Shown piece by piece: positions 12,700-27,400 of a DNA stretch of 64,000 nucleotides; position 1 is the first letter of the stretch, and every line of letters begins with the position of its first letter. Both the position numbers and the translations under genes were made by a program. The notes under the pieces are model-generated. The model had not been told where the DNA came from. It was given only the letters and a program-made list of their open reading frames with translations, and did not search any database. The DNA is taken from contig OZ024744.1 in NCBI GenBank assembly GCA_964016885.1, positions 121,334,001 through 121,398,000 of the forward strand. Reading direction: 5' to 3'. This stretch comes from Eledone cirrhosa (Eukaryota).

Positions 12700-15600
12700 T
12701 AAAAGTGACTGGGTGAGTGGAATAGAGGTAGTGATGAATGTTGTGAAGAGAGATAGTGTGGGACGGTTGGGTCATGTGTTGAGGAAGTATGAAAGTGACT
12801 GGGTGAGAGGAATCAGAGGTAGTGATGGATGTTGTGAAGAGAGATAGTGTGGGACGGTTGGGTCATGTGTTGAGGAGGGATAAAATTGATTGGGTGAGAG
12901 GAATAGAGGTAGTGATGGATGTTGTGAAGAGAGATAGTGTGAGATGGTTGGGTCATGTGTTGAGGAAGGATAAAAGTGACTGGGTGAGAGGAATAGAGGT
13001 AGTGATGGATGTTGTGAAGAGAGATAGTGTGAGATGGTTGGGTCATGTGTTGAGGAAGTATAAAAGTGAGTGGGTGAGAGGAATAGAGGTAGTGATGGAT
13101 GTTGTGAAGAGAGATAGTGTGAGATGGTTGGTTCATGTGTTGAGGAAGTATAAAAGAGAGTGTGTGAGAGGAATAGAGGTAGTGATGGATGTTGTGAAGA
13201 GAGATAGTGTGAGATGGTTGGGTCATGTGTTGAGGAAGGTTGAATGTGAATGGGTGAGAGGAACAGAGGTCGTGATGGATGTTGCGAAGAGAGATAGTGT
13301 GAGATGGTTGGGTCATGTGTTGAGGAAGGATAAAAGTGACTGGGTGAGAGGAATAGAGGTTTTGATGGATGTTGTGAAGAGAGATAGTGTGATATGGTTA
13401 GCTAATGTGTTGAGGAAGGATAAAAGTGACTGGGTGAGAGGAATAGAGGTTGTGATGGATGTTGTGAAGAGAGATAGTGAGAGATGGTTGGGTCATGTGT
13501 TGAGGAAGTATGAAAGTGACTGGGTGAGAGGAATAGAGGTACTGATAGATGTTGTGAAGACAGATAGTGTGAGATGGTTGGGTCATGTGTTGAAGAAGGA
13601 TAAATGTGACTGGGTGAGAGGAATATAGGTGGAGATGGATGTTGTGAAGAGAGATAGTGTGAGATGGTTGGGTCATGTGTTGTTGAAGTATGAAAGTGAC
13701 TGGGTGAGAGGAATAGAGGTAGTGATAGATGTTGTGAAGACAGATAGTGTGAGATGGTTGTGTCATGTGTTGAGGAAGAATGAAAGTGACTGGGTGAGAG
13801 GAATAGAGGTAGTGATGGATGTTGTGAAGAGAGATAGTGTGAGATGGTTGGGTCATGTGTTGAGGAAGGATTAAAGTGACTGGGTGAGAGCAATAGAGGT
13901 AGTGATGGATGTTGTGAAGAGAGATAGTGTGAGATGGTTGGGTCATGTGTTGAGGAAGGATAAAAGAGACTGGGTGAGAGGAATAGAGGTAGTGATGGAT
14001 GTTGTAATGGTAGATAGTGTGAGATGGTTGGGTCATGTGTTGAGGAAGGTTGAATGTGAATGGGTGAGAAGAATAGAGGTTTTGATGGATGTTGTGAAGA
14101 GAGATAGTGTGAGATGGTTAGCTCATGTGTTGAGGAAGGATAAAAGTGACTGGGTGTGAGGAATAGAGGTTGTGATGGATGTTGTGAAGCGAGATAGTGT
14201 GAGATGGTTGGGTCATGTGTTGAGGAAGTATAAAAGTGACTGGGTGAGTGGAATAGAGGTAGTGATGAATGTTGTGAAGAGAGATAGTGTGGGACCGTTG
14301 GGTCATGTGTTGAGGAAGTATGAAAGTGACTGGGTGAGAGGAATCAGAGGTAGTGATGGATGTTGTGAAGAGAGATAGTGTGGGACGGTTGGGTCATGTG
14401 TTGAGGAGGGATAAAATTGATTGGGTGAGAGGAATAGAGGTAGTGATGGATGTTGTGAAGAGAGATAGTGTGAGATGGTTGGGTCATGTGTTGAGGAAGG
14501 ATAAAAGTGACTGGGTGAGAGGAATAGAGGTAGTGATGGATGTTGTGAAGAGAGATAGTGTGAGATGGTTGGGTCATGTGTTGAGGAAGGATAAAAGTGA
14601 GTGGGTGAGAGGAATAGAGGTAGTGATGGATGTTGTGAAGAGAGATAGTGTGAGATGGTTGGTTCATGTGTTGAGGAAGTATAAAAGAGAGTGGGTGAGA
14701 GGAATAGAGGTAGTGATGGATGTTGTGAAGAGAGATAGTGTGAGATGGTTGGGTCATGTGTTGAGGAAGGTTGAATGTGAATGGGTGAGAGGAACAGAGG
14801 TCGTGATGGATGTTGCGAAGAGAGATAGTGTGAGATGGTTGGGTCATGTGTTGAGGAAGGATAAAAGTGACTGGGTGAGAGGAATAGAGGTTTTGATGGA
14901 TGTTGTGAAGAGAGATAGTGTGATATGGTTAGCTAATGTGTTGAGGAAGGATAAAAGTGACTGGGTGAGAGGAATAGAGGTTGTGATGGATGTTGTGAAG
15001 AGAGATAGTGAGAGATGGTTGGGTCATGTGTTGAGGAAGTATGAAAGTGACTGGGTGAGAGGAATAGAGGTACTGATAGATGTTGTGAAGACAGATAGTG
15101 TGAGATGGTTGGGTCATGTGTTGAAGAAGGATAAATGTGACTGGGTGAGAGGAATAGAGGTGGAGATGGATGTTGTGAAGAGAGATAGTGTGAGATGGTT
15201 GGGTCATGTGTTGTTGAAGTATGAAAGTGACTGGGTGAGAGGAATAGAGGTAGTGATAGATGTTGTGAAGACAGATAGTGTGAGATGGTTGTGTCATGTG
15301 TTGAGGAAGAATGAAAGTGACTGGGTGAGAGGAATAGAGGTAGTGATGGATGTTGTGAAGAGAGATAGTGTGAGATGGTTGGGTCATGTGTTGAGGAAGG
15401 ATTAAAGTGACTGGGTGAGAGCAATAGAGGTAGTGATGGATGTTGTGAAGAGAGATAGTGTGAGATGGTTGGGTCATGTGTTGAGGAAGGATAAAAGAGA
15501 CTGGGTGAGAGGAATAGAGGTAGTGATGGATGTTGTAATGGTAGATAGTGTGAGATGGTTGGGTCATGTGTTGAGGAAGGTTGAATGTGAATGGGTGAGA

Positions 15601-17290
15601 AGAATAGAGGTTTTGATGGATGTTGTGAAGAGAGATAGTGTGAGATGGTTAGCTCATGTGTTGAGGAAGGATAAAAGTGACTGGGTGTGAGGAATAGAGG
15701 TTGTGATGGATGTTGTGAAGCGAGATAGTGTGAGATGGTTGGGTCATGTGTTGAGGAAGTATAAAAGTGACTGGGTGAGTGGAATAGAGGTAGTGATGAA
15801 TGTTGTGAAGAGAGATAGTGTGGGACGGTTGGGTCATGTGTTGAGGAAGTATGAAAGTGACTGGGTGAGAGGAATCAGAGGTAGTGATGGATGTTGTGAA
15901 GAGAGATAGTGTGGGACGGTTGGGTCATGTGTTGAGGAGGGATAAAATTGATTGGGTGAGAGGAATAGAGGTAGTGATGGATGTTGTGAAGAGAGATAGT
16001 GTGAGATGGTTGGGTCATGTGTTGAGGAAGGATAAAAGTGACTGGGTGAGAGGAATAGAGGTAGTGATGGATGTTGTGAAGAGAGATAGTGTGAGATGGT
16101 TGGGTCATGTGTTGAGGAAGGATAAAAGTGAGTGGGTGAGAGGAATAGAGGTAGTGATGGATGTTGTGAAGAGAGATAGTGTGAGATGGTTGGTTCATGT
16201 GTTGAGGAAGTATAAAAGAGAGTGGGTGAGAGGAATACAGGTAGTGATGGATGTTGTGAAGAGAGATAGTGTGAGATGGTTGGGTCATGTGTTGAGGAAG
16301 GTTGAATGTGAATGGGTGAGAGGAACAGAGGTCGTGATGGATGTTGCGAAGAGAGATAGTGTGAGATGGTTGGGTCATGTGTTGAGGAAGGATAAAAGTG
16401 ACTGGGTGAGAGGAATAGAGGTTTTGATGGATGTTGTGAAGAGAGATAGTGTGATATGGTTAGCTAATGTGTTGAGGAAGGATAAAAGTGACTGGGTGAG
16501 AGGAATAGAGGTTGTGATGGATGTTGTGAAGAGAGATAGTGAGAGATGGTTGGGTCATGTGTTGAGGAAGTATGAAAGTGACTGGGTGAGAGGAATAGAG
16601 GTACTGATAGATGTTGTGAAGACAGATAGTGTGAGATGGTTGGGTCATGTGTTGAAGAAGGATAAATGTGACTGGGTGAGAGGAATAGAGGTGGAGATGG
16701 ATGTTGTGAAGAGAGATAGTGTGAGATGGTTGGGTCATGTGTTGTTGAAGTATGAAAGTGACTGGGTGAGAGGAATAGAGGTAGTGATAGATGTTGTGAA
16801 GACAGATAGTGTGAGATGGTTGTGTCATGTGTTGAGGAAGAATGAAAGTGACTGGGTGAGAGGAATAGAGGTAGTGATGGATGTTGTGAAGAGAGATAGT
16901 GTGAGATGGTTGGGTCATGTGTTGAGGAAGGATTAAAGTGACTGGGTGAGAGCAATAGAGGTAGTGATGGATGTTGTGAAGAGAGATAGTGTGAGATGGT
17001 TGGGTCATGTGTTGAGGAAGGATAAAAGAGACTGGGTGAGAGGAATAGAGGTAGTGATGGATGTTGTAATGGTAGATAGTGTGAGATGGTTGGGTCATGT
17101 GTTGAGGAAGGTTGAATGTGAATGGGTGAGAAGAATAGAGGTTTTGATGGATGTTGTGAAGAGAGATAGTGTGAGATGGTTAGCTCATGTGTTGAGGAAG
17201 GATAAAAGTGACTGGGTGTGAGGAATAGAGGTTGTGATGGATGTTGTGAAGCGAGATAGTGTGAGATGGTTGGGTCATGTGTTGAGGAAG
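12700..17290 (+). repeat. 17-monomer higher-order repeat (1531 bp), three near-identical tandem copies
   Basis: ORF triplets 12822/14353/15884, 13398/14929/16460, 13884/15415/16946. Shared diagnostic variants TATAAAAGAGAG, AAGAAGGATAAATGT, GAAGAATGAAAG. Confidence 0.95.
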
Positions 17291-20200
17291 TATGAAAGTG
17301 ACTGGGTGAGAGGAATAGAGGTAGTGATAGATGTTGTGAAGACAGATAGTGTGAGATGGTTGTGTCATGTGTTGAGGAAGTATGAAAGTGACTGGGTGAG
17401 AGGAATAGAGGTAGTGATGGATGTTGTGAAGAGAGATAGTGTGAGATGGTTGGGTCATGTGTTGAGGAAGGATTAAAGTGACTGGGTGAGAGCAATAGAG
17501 GTAGTGATGGATGTTGTGAAGAGAGATAGTGTGAGATGGTTGGGTCATGTGTTGAGGAAGGATAAAAGAGACTGGGTGAGAGGAATAGAGGTAGTGATGG
17601 ATGTTGTGAAGACAGATAGTGTGAGATGGTTGGGTCATGTGTTGAGGAAGGTTGAATGTGAATGGGTGAGAAGAATAGAGGTTTTGATGGATGTTGTGAA
17701 GAGAGATAGTGTGAGATGGTTAGCTCATGTGTTGAGGAAGGATAAAAGTGACTGGCTGTGAGGAATAGAGGTTGTGATGGATGTTGTGAAGAGAGATAGT
17801 GTGAGATGGTTGGGTCATGTGTTGAGGAAGGATAAAAGAGACTGGGTGAGAGGAATAGAGGTAGTGATGGATGTTGTGAAGAGAGATAGTGTGAGATGGT
17901 TGGTTCATGTGTTGAGGAAGTATAAAAGTGAGTGGGTGAGAGGAATAGAGGTAGTGATGGATGTTGTGAAGAGAGATAGTGTGAGATGGTTGGGTCATGT
18001 GTTGAGGAAGGTTGAATGTGAATGGGTGAGAGGAACAGAGGTCGTGATGGATGTTGCGAAGAGAGATAGTGTGAGATGGTTGGGTCATGTGTTGAGGAAG
18101 GATAAAAGTGACTGTGTGAGAGGAATAGAGGTTTTGATGGATGTTGTGAAGAGAGATAGTGTGAGATGGTTGGGTCATGTGTTGAGGAAGGATAAAAGTG
18201 ACTGGGTGAGAGGAATAGAGGTAGTGATGGATGTTGCGAAGAGAGATAGTGTGAGATGGTTGGGTCATGTGTTGAGGAAGGATAAAAGTGACTGGGTGAG
18301 AGGAATAGAGGTTTTGATGGATGTTGTGAAGAGAGATAGTGTGATATGGTTAGCTAATGTGTTGAGGAAGGATAAAAGTGACTGGGTGAGAGGAATAGAG
18401 GTTGTGATGGATGTTGTGAAGAGAGATAGTGTGAGATGGTTGGGTCATGTGTTGAGGAAGTATGAAAGTGACTGGGTGAGAGGAATAGAGGTACTGATAG
18501 ATGTTGTGAAGACAGATAGTGTGAGATGGTTGGGTCATGTGTTGAGGAAGGATAAAAGTGACTGGGTGTGAGGAATAGAGGTTGTGATGGATGTTGTGAA
18601 GCGAGATAGTGTGAGATGGTTGGGTCATGTGTTGAGGAAGTATGAAAATGACTGGGTGAGAGGAATAGAGGTAGTGATAGATGTTGTGAAGACAGATAGT
18701 GTGAGATGGTTGTGTCATGTGTTGAGGAAGTATGAAAGTGACTGGGTGAGAGGAATAGAGGTAGTGATGGATGTTGTGAAGAGAGATAGTGTGAGATGGT
18801 TGGGTCATGTGTTGAGGAAGGATTAAAGTGACTGGGTGAGAGCAATAGAGGTAGTGATGGATGTTGTGAAGAGAGATAGTGTGAGATGGTTGGGTCATGT
18901 GTTGAGGAAGGATAAAAGAGACTGGGTGAGAGGAATAGAGTTAGTGATGGATGTTGTGAAGACAGATAGTGTGAGATGGTTGGGTCATGTGTTGAGGAAG
19001 GTTGAATGTGAATGGGTGAGAAGAATAGAGGTTATGATGGATGTTGTGAAGAGAGATAGTGTGAGATGGTTAGCTCATGTGTTGAGGAAGGATAAAAGTG
19101 ACTGGGTGTGAGGAATAGAGGTTGTGATGGATGTTGTGAAGCGAGATAGTGTGAGATGGTTGGGTCATGTGTTGAGGAAGTATGAAAGTGACTGGGTGAG
19201 AGGAATAGAGGTAGTGATAGATGTTGTGAAGACAGATAGTGTGAGATGGTTGTGTCATGTGTTGAGGAAGTATGAAAGTGACTGGGTGAGAGGAATAGAG
19301 GTAGTGATGGATGTTGTGAAGAGAGATAGTGTGAGATGGTTGGGTCATGTGTTGAGGAAGGATAAAAGAGACTGGGTGAGAGGAATAGAGGTAGTGATGG
19401 ATGTTGTAATGGTAGATAGTGTGAGATGGTTGGGTCATGTGTTGAGGAAGGTTAAAAGTGATTGGTGAGTGGAATAGAGGTAGTGATGGATGTTGTGAAG
19501 AGAGATAGTGTGGGACGGTAGGGTCTTGTGTTGAGGAAGTATGAAAGTGACTGGGTGAGAGGAATCAGAGGTAGTGATGGATGTTGTGAAGAGAGATAGT
19601 GTGAGATGGTTAGGTCATGTGTTGAGGAAGGATAAAAGTGACTGGGTGAGAGGAATAGAGGTAGTGATGGATGTTGTGAAGAGAGATGGTGTGAGATGGT
19701 TGGGTCATGTTTTGAGGAAGGATAAAAGTGACTGGGTGAGAGGAATAGAGGTAGTGATGGATGTTGTGAAGAGAGATAGTGTGAGATGGTTGGTCATGTG
19801 TTGAGGAAGGATAAAAGTGACTGGGTGAGAGGAATAGAGGTAGTAACGGATGTTGTGAAGAGAGATAGTGTGAGATGGTTGGGTCATGTGTTGAGGAAGG
19901 ATAAAAGTGACTCGGTGAGAGGAATAGAGGTAGTGATGGATGTTGTGAAGAGAGATAGTGTGAGATGGTTGGGTCATGTGTTGAGGAAGGATAAAAGTGA
20001 CTGGGTGAGAGGAATAGAGGTAGTGCTGGATGTTGTAAAGGGAGATAGTGTGAGATGGTTGGGTCATGTGTTGAGGAAGTATAAAAGTGACTGGGTGAGA
20101 GGAATAGAGGTAGTGATGGATGTTGTGAAGAGAGATAGTGTGAGATGGTTGGGTCCTGTGTTGAGGAAGGATGAAAGTGACTGGGTGAGAGGAACAGCGG

Positions 20201-23200
20201 TAGTGATGGATGTTGTGAAGAGAGATAGTGTGAGATGTTTGGGTCATGTGTTGAAGAAGGTTAAAAGTGACTGGGTGAGTGGAATAGAGGTAGTGATGAA
20301 TGTGTGAAGAGAGATAGTGTGGGACGGTTGGGTCATGTGTTGAGGAAGTATGAAAGTGACTGGGTGAGAGGAATCAGAGGTAGTTGTGGATGTTGTGAAG
20401 AGAGATAGTGTGGGACGGTTGGGTCATGTGTTGAGGAGGGATAAAATTGATTGGGTGAGAGGAATAGAGGTAGTGATGGATGTTGTGAAGAGAGATAGTG
20501 TGAGATGGTTGGGTCATGTGTTGAGGAAGGATAAAAGTGACTGGGTGAGAGGAATAGAGGTAGTGATGGATGTTGTGAAGAGAGATAGTGTGAGATGGTT
20601 GGGTCATGTGTTGAGGAAGGATAAAAGTGAGTGGGTGAGAGGAATAGAGGTAGTGATGGATGTTGTGAAGAGAGATAGTGTGAGATGGTTGGTTCATGTG
20701 TTGAGGAAGTATAAAAGTGAGTGGGTGAGAGGAATAGAGGTAGTGATGGATGTTGTGAAGAGAGATAGTGTGAGATGGTTGGGTCATGTGTTGAGGAAGG
20801 TTGAATGTGAATGGGTGAGAGGAACAGAGGTCGTGATGGATGTTGCGAAGAGAGATAGTGTGAGATGGTTGGGTCATGTGTTGAGGAAGGATAAAAGTGA
20901 CTGTATGAGAGGAATAGAGGTTTTGATGGATGTTGTGAAGAGAGATAGTGTGAGATGGTTGGGTCATGTGTTGAGGAAGGATAAAAGTGACTGGGTGAGA
21001 GGAATAGAGGTAGTGATGGATGTTGCGAAGAGAGATAGTGTGAGATGGTTGGGTCATGTGTTGAGTAAGGATAAAAGTGACTGGGTGAGAGGAATAGAGG
21101 TTTTGATGGATGTTGTGAAGAGAGATAGTGTGATATGGTTAGCTAATGTGTTGAGGAAGGATAAAAGTGACTGGGTGAGAGGAATAGAGGTTGTGATGGA
21201 TGTTGTGAAGAGAGATAGTGTGAGATGGTTGGGTCATGTGTTGAGGAAGTATGAAAGTGACTGGGTGAGAGGAATAGAAATACTGATAGATGTTGTGAAA
21301 ACAGATAGTGTGAAATGGTTGGGTCATGTGTTGAGTAAGGATAAAAGTGACTGGGTGAGAGGAATAGAGGTGGAGATGGATGTTGTGAAGAGAGATAGTG
21401 TGAGATGGTTGGGTCATGTGTTGTTGAAGTATGAAAGTGACTGGGTGACGGAATAGAGGTAGTGATGGATGATGTGAAGAGAGATAGTGTGAGATGGTTA
21501 GGTCATGTGTTGAGGAGGGATAAAATTGATTGGGTGAGAGGAATAGAGGTAGTGATGGATGTTGTGAAGAGAGATAGTGTGAGATGGTTGGGTCATGTGT
21601 TGAGGAAGGATAAAAGTGAGTGGGTGAGAGGAATAGAGGTAGTGATGGATGTTGTGAAGAGAGATAGTGTGAGATGGTTGGGTCATGTGTTGAGGAAGGT
21701 TGAATGTGAATGGGTGAGAGGAATAGAGGTTTTGATGGATGTTGTGAAGAGAGATAGTGTGAGATGGTTAGCTCATGTGTTGAGGAAGGATAAAAGTGAC
21801 TGGGTGAGAGGAATAGAGGTTGTGATGGATGTTGTGAAGCGAGATAGTGTGAGATGGTTGGGTCATGTGTTGAGGAAGTATGAAAGTGACTGGGTGAGAG
21901 GAATAGAGGTAGTGATAGATGTTGTGAAGACAGATAGTGTGAGATGGTTGTGTCATGTGTTGAGGAAGTATGAAAGTGACTGGGTGAGAGGAATAGAGGT
22001 AGTGATGGATGTTGTGAAGAGAGATAGTGTGAGATGGTTGGGTCATGTGTTGAGGAAGGATTAAAGTGACTGGGTGAGAGCAATAGAGGTAGTGATGGAT
22101 GTTGTGAAGAGAGATAGTGTGAGATGGTTGGGTCATGTGTTGAGGAAGGAAAAAAGAGACTGGGTGAGAGAAATAGAGGTGGTGATGGATGTTGTAATTG
22201 TAGATAGTGTGAGATGGTTGGGTCATGTGTTGAGGAAGGTTAAAAGTGACTGGGTGAGAGGAATAGACGTAGTGATGGATGTTGTGAAGAGAGATAGTGT
22301 GGGACGGTAGGCTCATGTGTTGAGGAAGTATGAAAGTGACTGGGTGAGAGGAATCAGAGGTAGTGATGGATGTTGTGAAGAGAGATAGTGTGAGATGGTT
22401 GGGTCATGTGTTGAGGAAGGATAAAACTGACTGGGTGAGAGGAATAGAGGTAGTGATGGATGTTGTGAAGAGAGATAGTGTGGGACGGTTGGGTCATGTG
22501 TTGAGGAAGTATGAAAGTGACTGGGTGAGAGGAATCAGAGGTAGTGATGGATGTTGTGAAGAGAGATAGTGTGGGACGGTTGGGTCATGTGTTGAGGAGG
22601 GATAAAATTGATTGGGTGAGAGGAATAGAGGTAGTGATGGATGTTGTGAAGAGTGATAGTGTGAGATGGTTGGGTCATGTGTTGAGGAAGGATAAAAGTG
22701 ACTGGGTGAGAGGAATAGAGGTAGTGATGGATGTTGTGAAGAGAGATAGTGTGAGATGGTTGGGTCATGTGTTGAGGAAGGATAAAAGTCAGTGGGTAAG
22801 AGGAATAGAGGTAGTGATGGATGTTGTGAAGAGAGATAGTGTGAGATGGTTAGGTCATGTGTTGAGGAAGGATAAAAGTGAGAGGGTGAGAGGAATAGAG
22901 GTTTTGATGGATGTTGTGAAGAGAGATAGTGTGAGATGGTTGGGTCATGTGTTGAGGAAGGATAAAAGTGACTGTGTGAGAGGAATAGACGTTTTGATGG
23001 ATGTTGTGAAGAGAGATAGTGTGAGATGGTTAGCTCATGTGTTGAGGAATGATAAAAGTGACTGGGTGAGAGGAATAGAGGTTGTGATGGATGTTGTGAA
23101 GAGAGATAGTGTGAGATGGTTAGGTCATGTGTTGAGGAAGGATAAATGTGACTGGGTGAGAGGAATAGAGGTTTTGATGGATGTTGTGAAGAGAGATAGT

Positions 23201-23699
23201 GTGAGATGGTTAGCTCATGTGTTGAGGAAGGATAAAAGTGACTGGGTGAGAGGAATAGAGGTTGTGATGGATGTTGTGAAGAGAGATAGTGTGAGATGGT
23301 TGGGTCATGTGTTGAGGAAGCATGAAAGTGACTGGGTGAGAGGAATAGAGGTACTGATAGATGTTGTGAAGACAGATAGTGTGAGATGGTTGGGTCATGT
23401 GTTGAGGAAGGATAAAAGTGACTGGGTAAGAGGAATAGAGGTGGAGATGGATGTTGTGAAGAGAGATAGTGTGAGATGGTTGGGTCATGTGTTGAGGAAG
23501 GATAAAAGTGAGTGGGTGAGAGGAATAGAGGTAGTGATGGATGTTGTGAAGAGAGATAGTGTGAGATGGTTGGGTCATGTGTTGAGGAAGGTTGAATGTG
23601 AATGGGTGAGAGGAATAGAGGTTTTGATGGATGTTGTGAAGAGAGATAGTGTGAGATGGTTAGCTCATGTGTTGAGGAAGGATAAAAGTGACTGGGTGA

Positions 23700-26600
23700 G
23701 AGCAATAGAGGTAGTGATGGATGTTGTGAAGAGAGATAGTGTGAGATGGTTGGGTCATGTGTTGAGGAAGGAAAAAAGAGACTGGGTGAGAGGAATAGAG
23801 GTGGTGATGGATGTTGTAATGGTAGATAGTGTGAGATGGTTGGGTCATGTGTTGAGGAAGGTTAAAAGTGACTGGGTGCGTGGAATAGAGGTAGTGATGG
23901 ATGTTGTGAAGAGAGATAGTGTGGGACGGTAGGGTCATGTGTTGAGGAAGGATAAAAGTGACTCGGTGTGAGGAATAGAGGTAGTGATGGATGTTGTGAA
24001 GAGAGATAGTGTGAGATGGTTGGGTCATGTGTTGAGGAAGGATGAAAATGACTGGGTGAGAGGAACAGAGGTGGTGATGGATGTGTGAAGAGAGATAGTG
24101 TGAGATGGTTGGGTCATGTGTTGAAGAAGGTTAAAAGTGACTGGGTGAGTGGAATAGAGGTAGTGATGAATGTTGTGAAGAGAGATAGTGTGGGACGGTT
24201 GGGTCATGTGTTGAGGAAGTATGAAAGTGACTGGGTGAGAGGAATCAGAGGTAGTGATGGATGTTGTGAAGAGAGATAGTGTGGGATGGTTGGGTCATGT
24301 GTTGAGGAGGGATAAAATTGATTGGGTGAGAGGAATAGAGGTAGTGATGGATGTTGTGAAGAGAGATAGTGTGAGATGGTTGGGTCATGTGTTGAGAAAG
24401 GATAAAAGTGACTGGGTGAGAGGAATAGGGGTAGTGATGGATGTTGTGAAGAGAGATAGTGTGAGATGGTTGGGTCATGTGTTGAGGAAGGATAAAAGTC
24501 AGTGGGTGAGAGGAATAGAGGTAGTGATGGATGTTGTGAAGAGAGATAGTGTGAGATGGTTGGGTCATGTGTTGAGGAAGGATAAAAGTGAGTGGGTGAG
24601 AGGAATAGAGGTAGTGATGGATGTTGTGAAGAGAGATAGTGTGAGATGGTTGGGTCATGTGTTGAGGAAGGTTGAATGTGAATGGGTGAGAGGAACAGAG
24701 GTAGTGATGGATGTTGTGAAGAGAGATAGTGTGAGATGGTTGGGTCATGTGTTGAGGAAGGATAAAAGTGACTGTGTGAGAGGAATAGAGGTTTTGATGG
24801 ATGTTGTGAAGAGAGATAGTGTGAGATGGTTGGGTCATGTGTTGAGGAAGGATAAAAGTCAGTGGGTGAGAGGAATAGAGGTAGTGATGGATGTTGTGAA
24901 GAGAGATATTGTGAGATGGTTGGGTTATGTGTTGAGGAAGGATAAAAGTGACTGGGTGAGAGGAATAGAGGTAGTGATGGATGTTGCGAAGAGAGATAGT
25001 GTGAGATGGTTGGGTCATGTGTTGAGGAAGGATAAAAGTGACTTGGTGAGAGGAATAGAGGTTTTGATGGATGTTGTGAAGAGAGATAGTGTGAGATGGT
25101 TGGGTCATGTGTTGAGGATGTATGAATGTGACTGGGTGAGAGGAACAGAGGTAGTGATGGATGATGTGAAGAGAGATAGTGTGAGATGGTTGGGTCATGT
25201 GTTGAGGAGGGATAAAATTGATTGGGTGAGAGGAATAGAGGTAGTGATGGATGTTGCGAAGAGAGATAGTGTGAGATGGTTGGGTCATGTGTTGAGGAAG
25301 GATAAAAGTGACTGGGTGAGAGGAATAGAGGTTTTGATGGATGTTGTGAAGAGAGATAGTGTGAGATGGTTAGCTCATGTGTTGAGGAAGGATAAAAGTG
25401 ACTGGGTGAGAGTAATAGAGGTTGTGATGGATGTTGTGAAGAGAGATAGTGTGAGATGGTTGGGTCATGTGTTGAGGAAGTATGAAAGTGACTGGGTGAG
25501 AGGAATAGAGGTAGTGATGGATGTTGTGAAGAGAGATAGTGTGAGATGGTTGGGTCATGTGTTGAGGAAGGATTAAAGTGACTGGGTGAGAGCAATAGAG
25601 GTAGTGATGGATGTTGTGAAGAGAGATAGTGTGAGATGGTTGGGTCATGTGTTGAGGAAGGAAAAAAGAGACTGGGTGAGAGGAATAGAGGTGGTGATGG
25701 ATGTTGTAATGGTAGATAGTGTGAGATGGTTGGGTCATGTGTTGAGGAAGGTTAAAAGTGACTGGGTGCGTGGAATAGAGGTAGTGATGGATGTTGTGAA
25801 GAGAGATAGTGTGGGACGGTAGGGTCATGTGTTGAGGAAGGATAAAAGTGACTCGGTGTGAGGAATAGAGGTAGTGATGGATGTTGTGAAGAGAGATAGA
25901 GTGAGATGGTTGGGTCATGTGTTGAGGAAGGATGAAAGTGACTGGGTGAGAGGAACAGAGGTGGTGATGGATGTTGTGAAGAGAGATAGTGTGAGATGGT
26001 TGGGTCATGTGTTGAAGAAGGTTAAAAGTGACTGGGTGAGTGGAATAGAGGTAGTGATGAATGTTGTGAAGAGAGATAGTGTGGGACGGTTGGGTCATGT
26101 GTTGAGGAAGTATGAAAGTGACTGGGTGAGAGGAATCAGAGGTAGTGATGGATGTTGTGAAGAGAGATAGTGTGGGATGGTTGGGTCATGTGTTGAGGAG
26201 GGATAAAATTGATTGGGTGAGAGGAATAGAGGTAGTGATGGATGTTGTGAAGAGAGATAGTGTGAGATGGTTGGGTCATGTGTTGAGAAAGGATAAAAGT
26301 GACTGGGTGAGAGGAATAGGGGTAGTGATGGATGTTGTGAAGAGAGATAGTGTGAGATGGTTGGGTCATGTGTTGAGGAAGGATAAAAGTCAGTGGGTGA
26401 GAGGAATAGAGGTAGTGATGGATGTTGTGAAGAGAGATAGTGTGAGATGGTTGGGTCATGTGTTGAGGAAGGATAAAAGTAAGTGGGTGAGAGGAATAGA
26501 GGTAGTGATGGATGTTGTGAAGAGAGATAGTGTGAGATGGTTGGGTCATGTGTTGAGGAAGGTTGAATGTGAATGGGTGAGAGGAACAGAGGTAGTGATG

Positions 26601-27400
26601 GATGTTGTGAAGAGAGATAGTGTGAGATGGTTGGGTCATGTGTTGAGGAAGGATAAAAGTGACTGTGTGAGAGGAATAGAGGTTTTGATGGATGTTGTGA
26701 AGAGAGATAGTGTGAGATGGTTGGGTCATGTGTTGAGGAAGGATAAAAGTCAGTGGGTGAGAGGAATAGAGGTAGTGATGGATGTTGTGAAGAGAGATAT
26801 TGTGAGATGGTTGGGTCATGTGTTGAGGAAGGATAAAAGTGACTGGGTGAGAGGAATAGAGGTAGTGATGGATGTTGCGAAGAGAGATAGTGTGAGATGG
26901 TTGGGTCATGTGTTGAGGAAGGATAAAAGTGACTTGGTGAGAGGAATAGAGGTTTTGATGGATGTTGTGAAGAGAGATAGTGTGAGATGGTTGGGTCATG
27001 TGTTGAGGATGTATGAATGTGACTGGGTGAGAGGAACAGAGGTAGTGATGGATGATGTGAAGAGAGATAGTGTGAGATGGTTGGGTCATGTGTTGAGGAG
27101 GGATAAAATTGATTGGGTGAGAGGAATAGAGGTAGTGATGGATGTTGCGAAGAGAGATAGTGTGAGATGGTTGGGTCATGTGTTGAGGAAGGATAAAAGT
27201 GACTGGGTGAGAGGAATAGAGGTTTTGATGGATGTTGTGAAGAGAGATAGTGTGAGATGGTTAGCTCATGTGTTGAGGAAGGATAAAAGTGACTGGGTGA
27301 GAGTAATAGAGGTTGTGATGGATGTTGTGAAGAGAGATAGTGTGAGATGGTTGGGTCATGTGTTGAGGAAGTATGAAAGTGACTGGGTGAGAGGAATAGA
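23700..27400 (+). repeat. 21-monomer higher-order repeat (1890-1891 bp), two tandem copies
   Basis: ORF pairs 24254/26145, 24245/26136, 25370/27261. Shared GGTGCGTGG, GTGGGATGG, GAGAAAGG, GATATTGTG, GAGGATGTATGAATG, GAGTAATAG. Confidence 0.92.
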
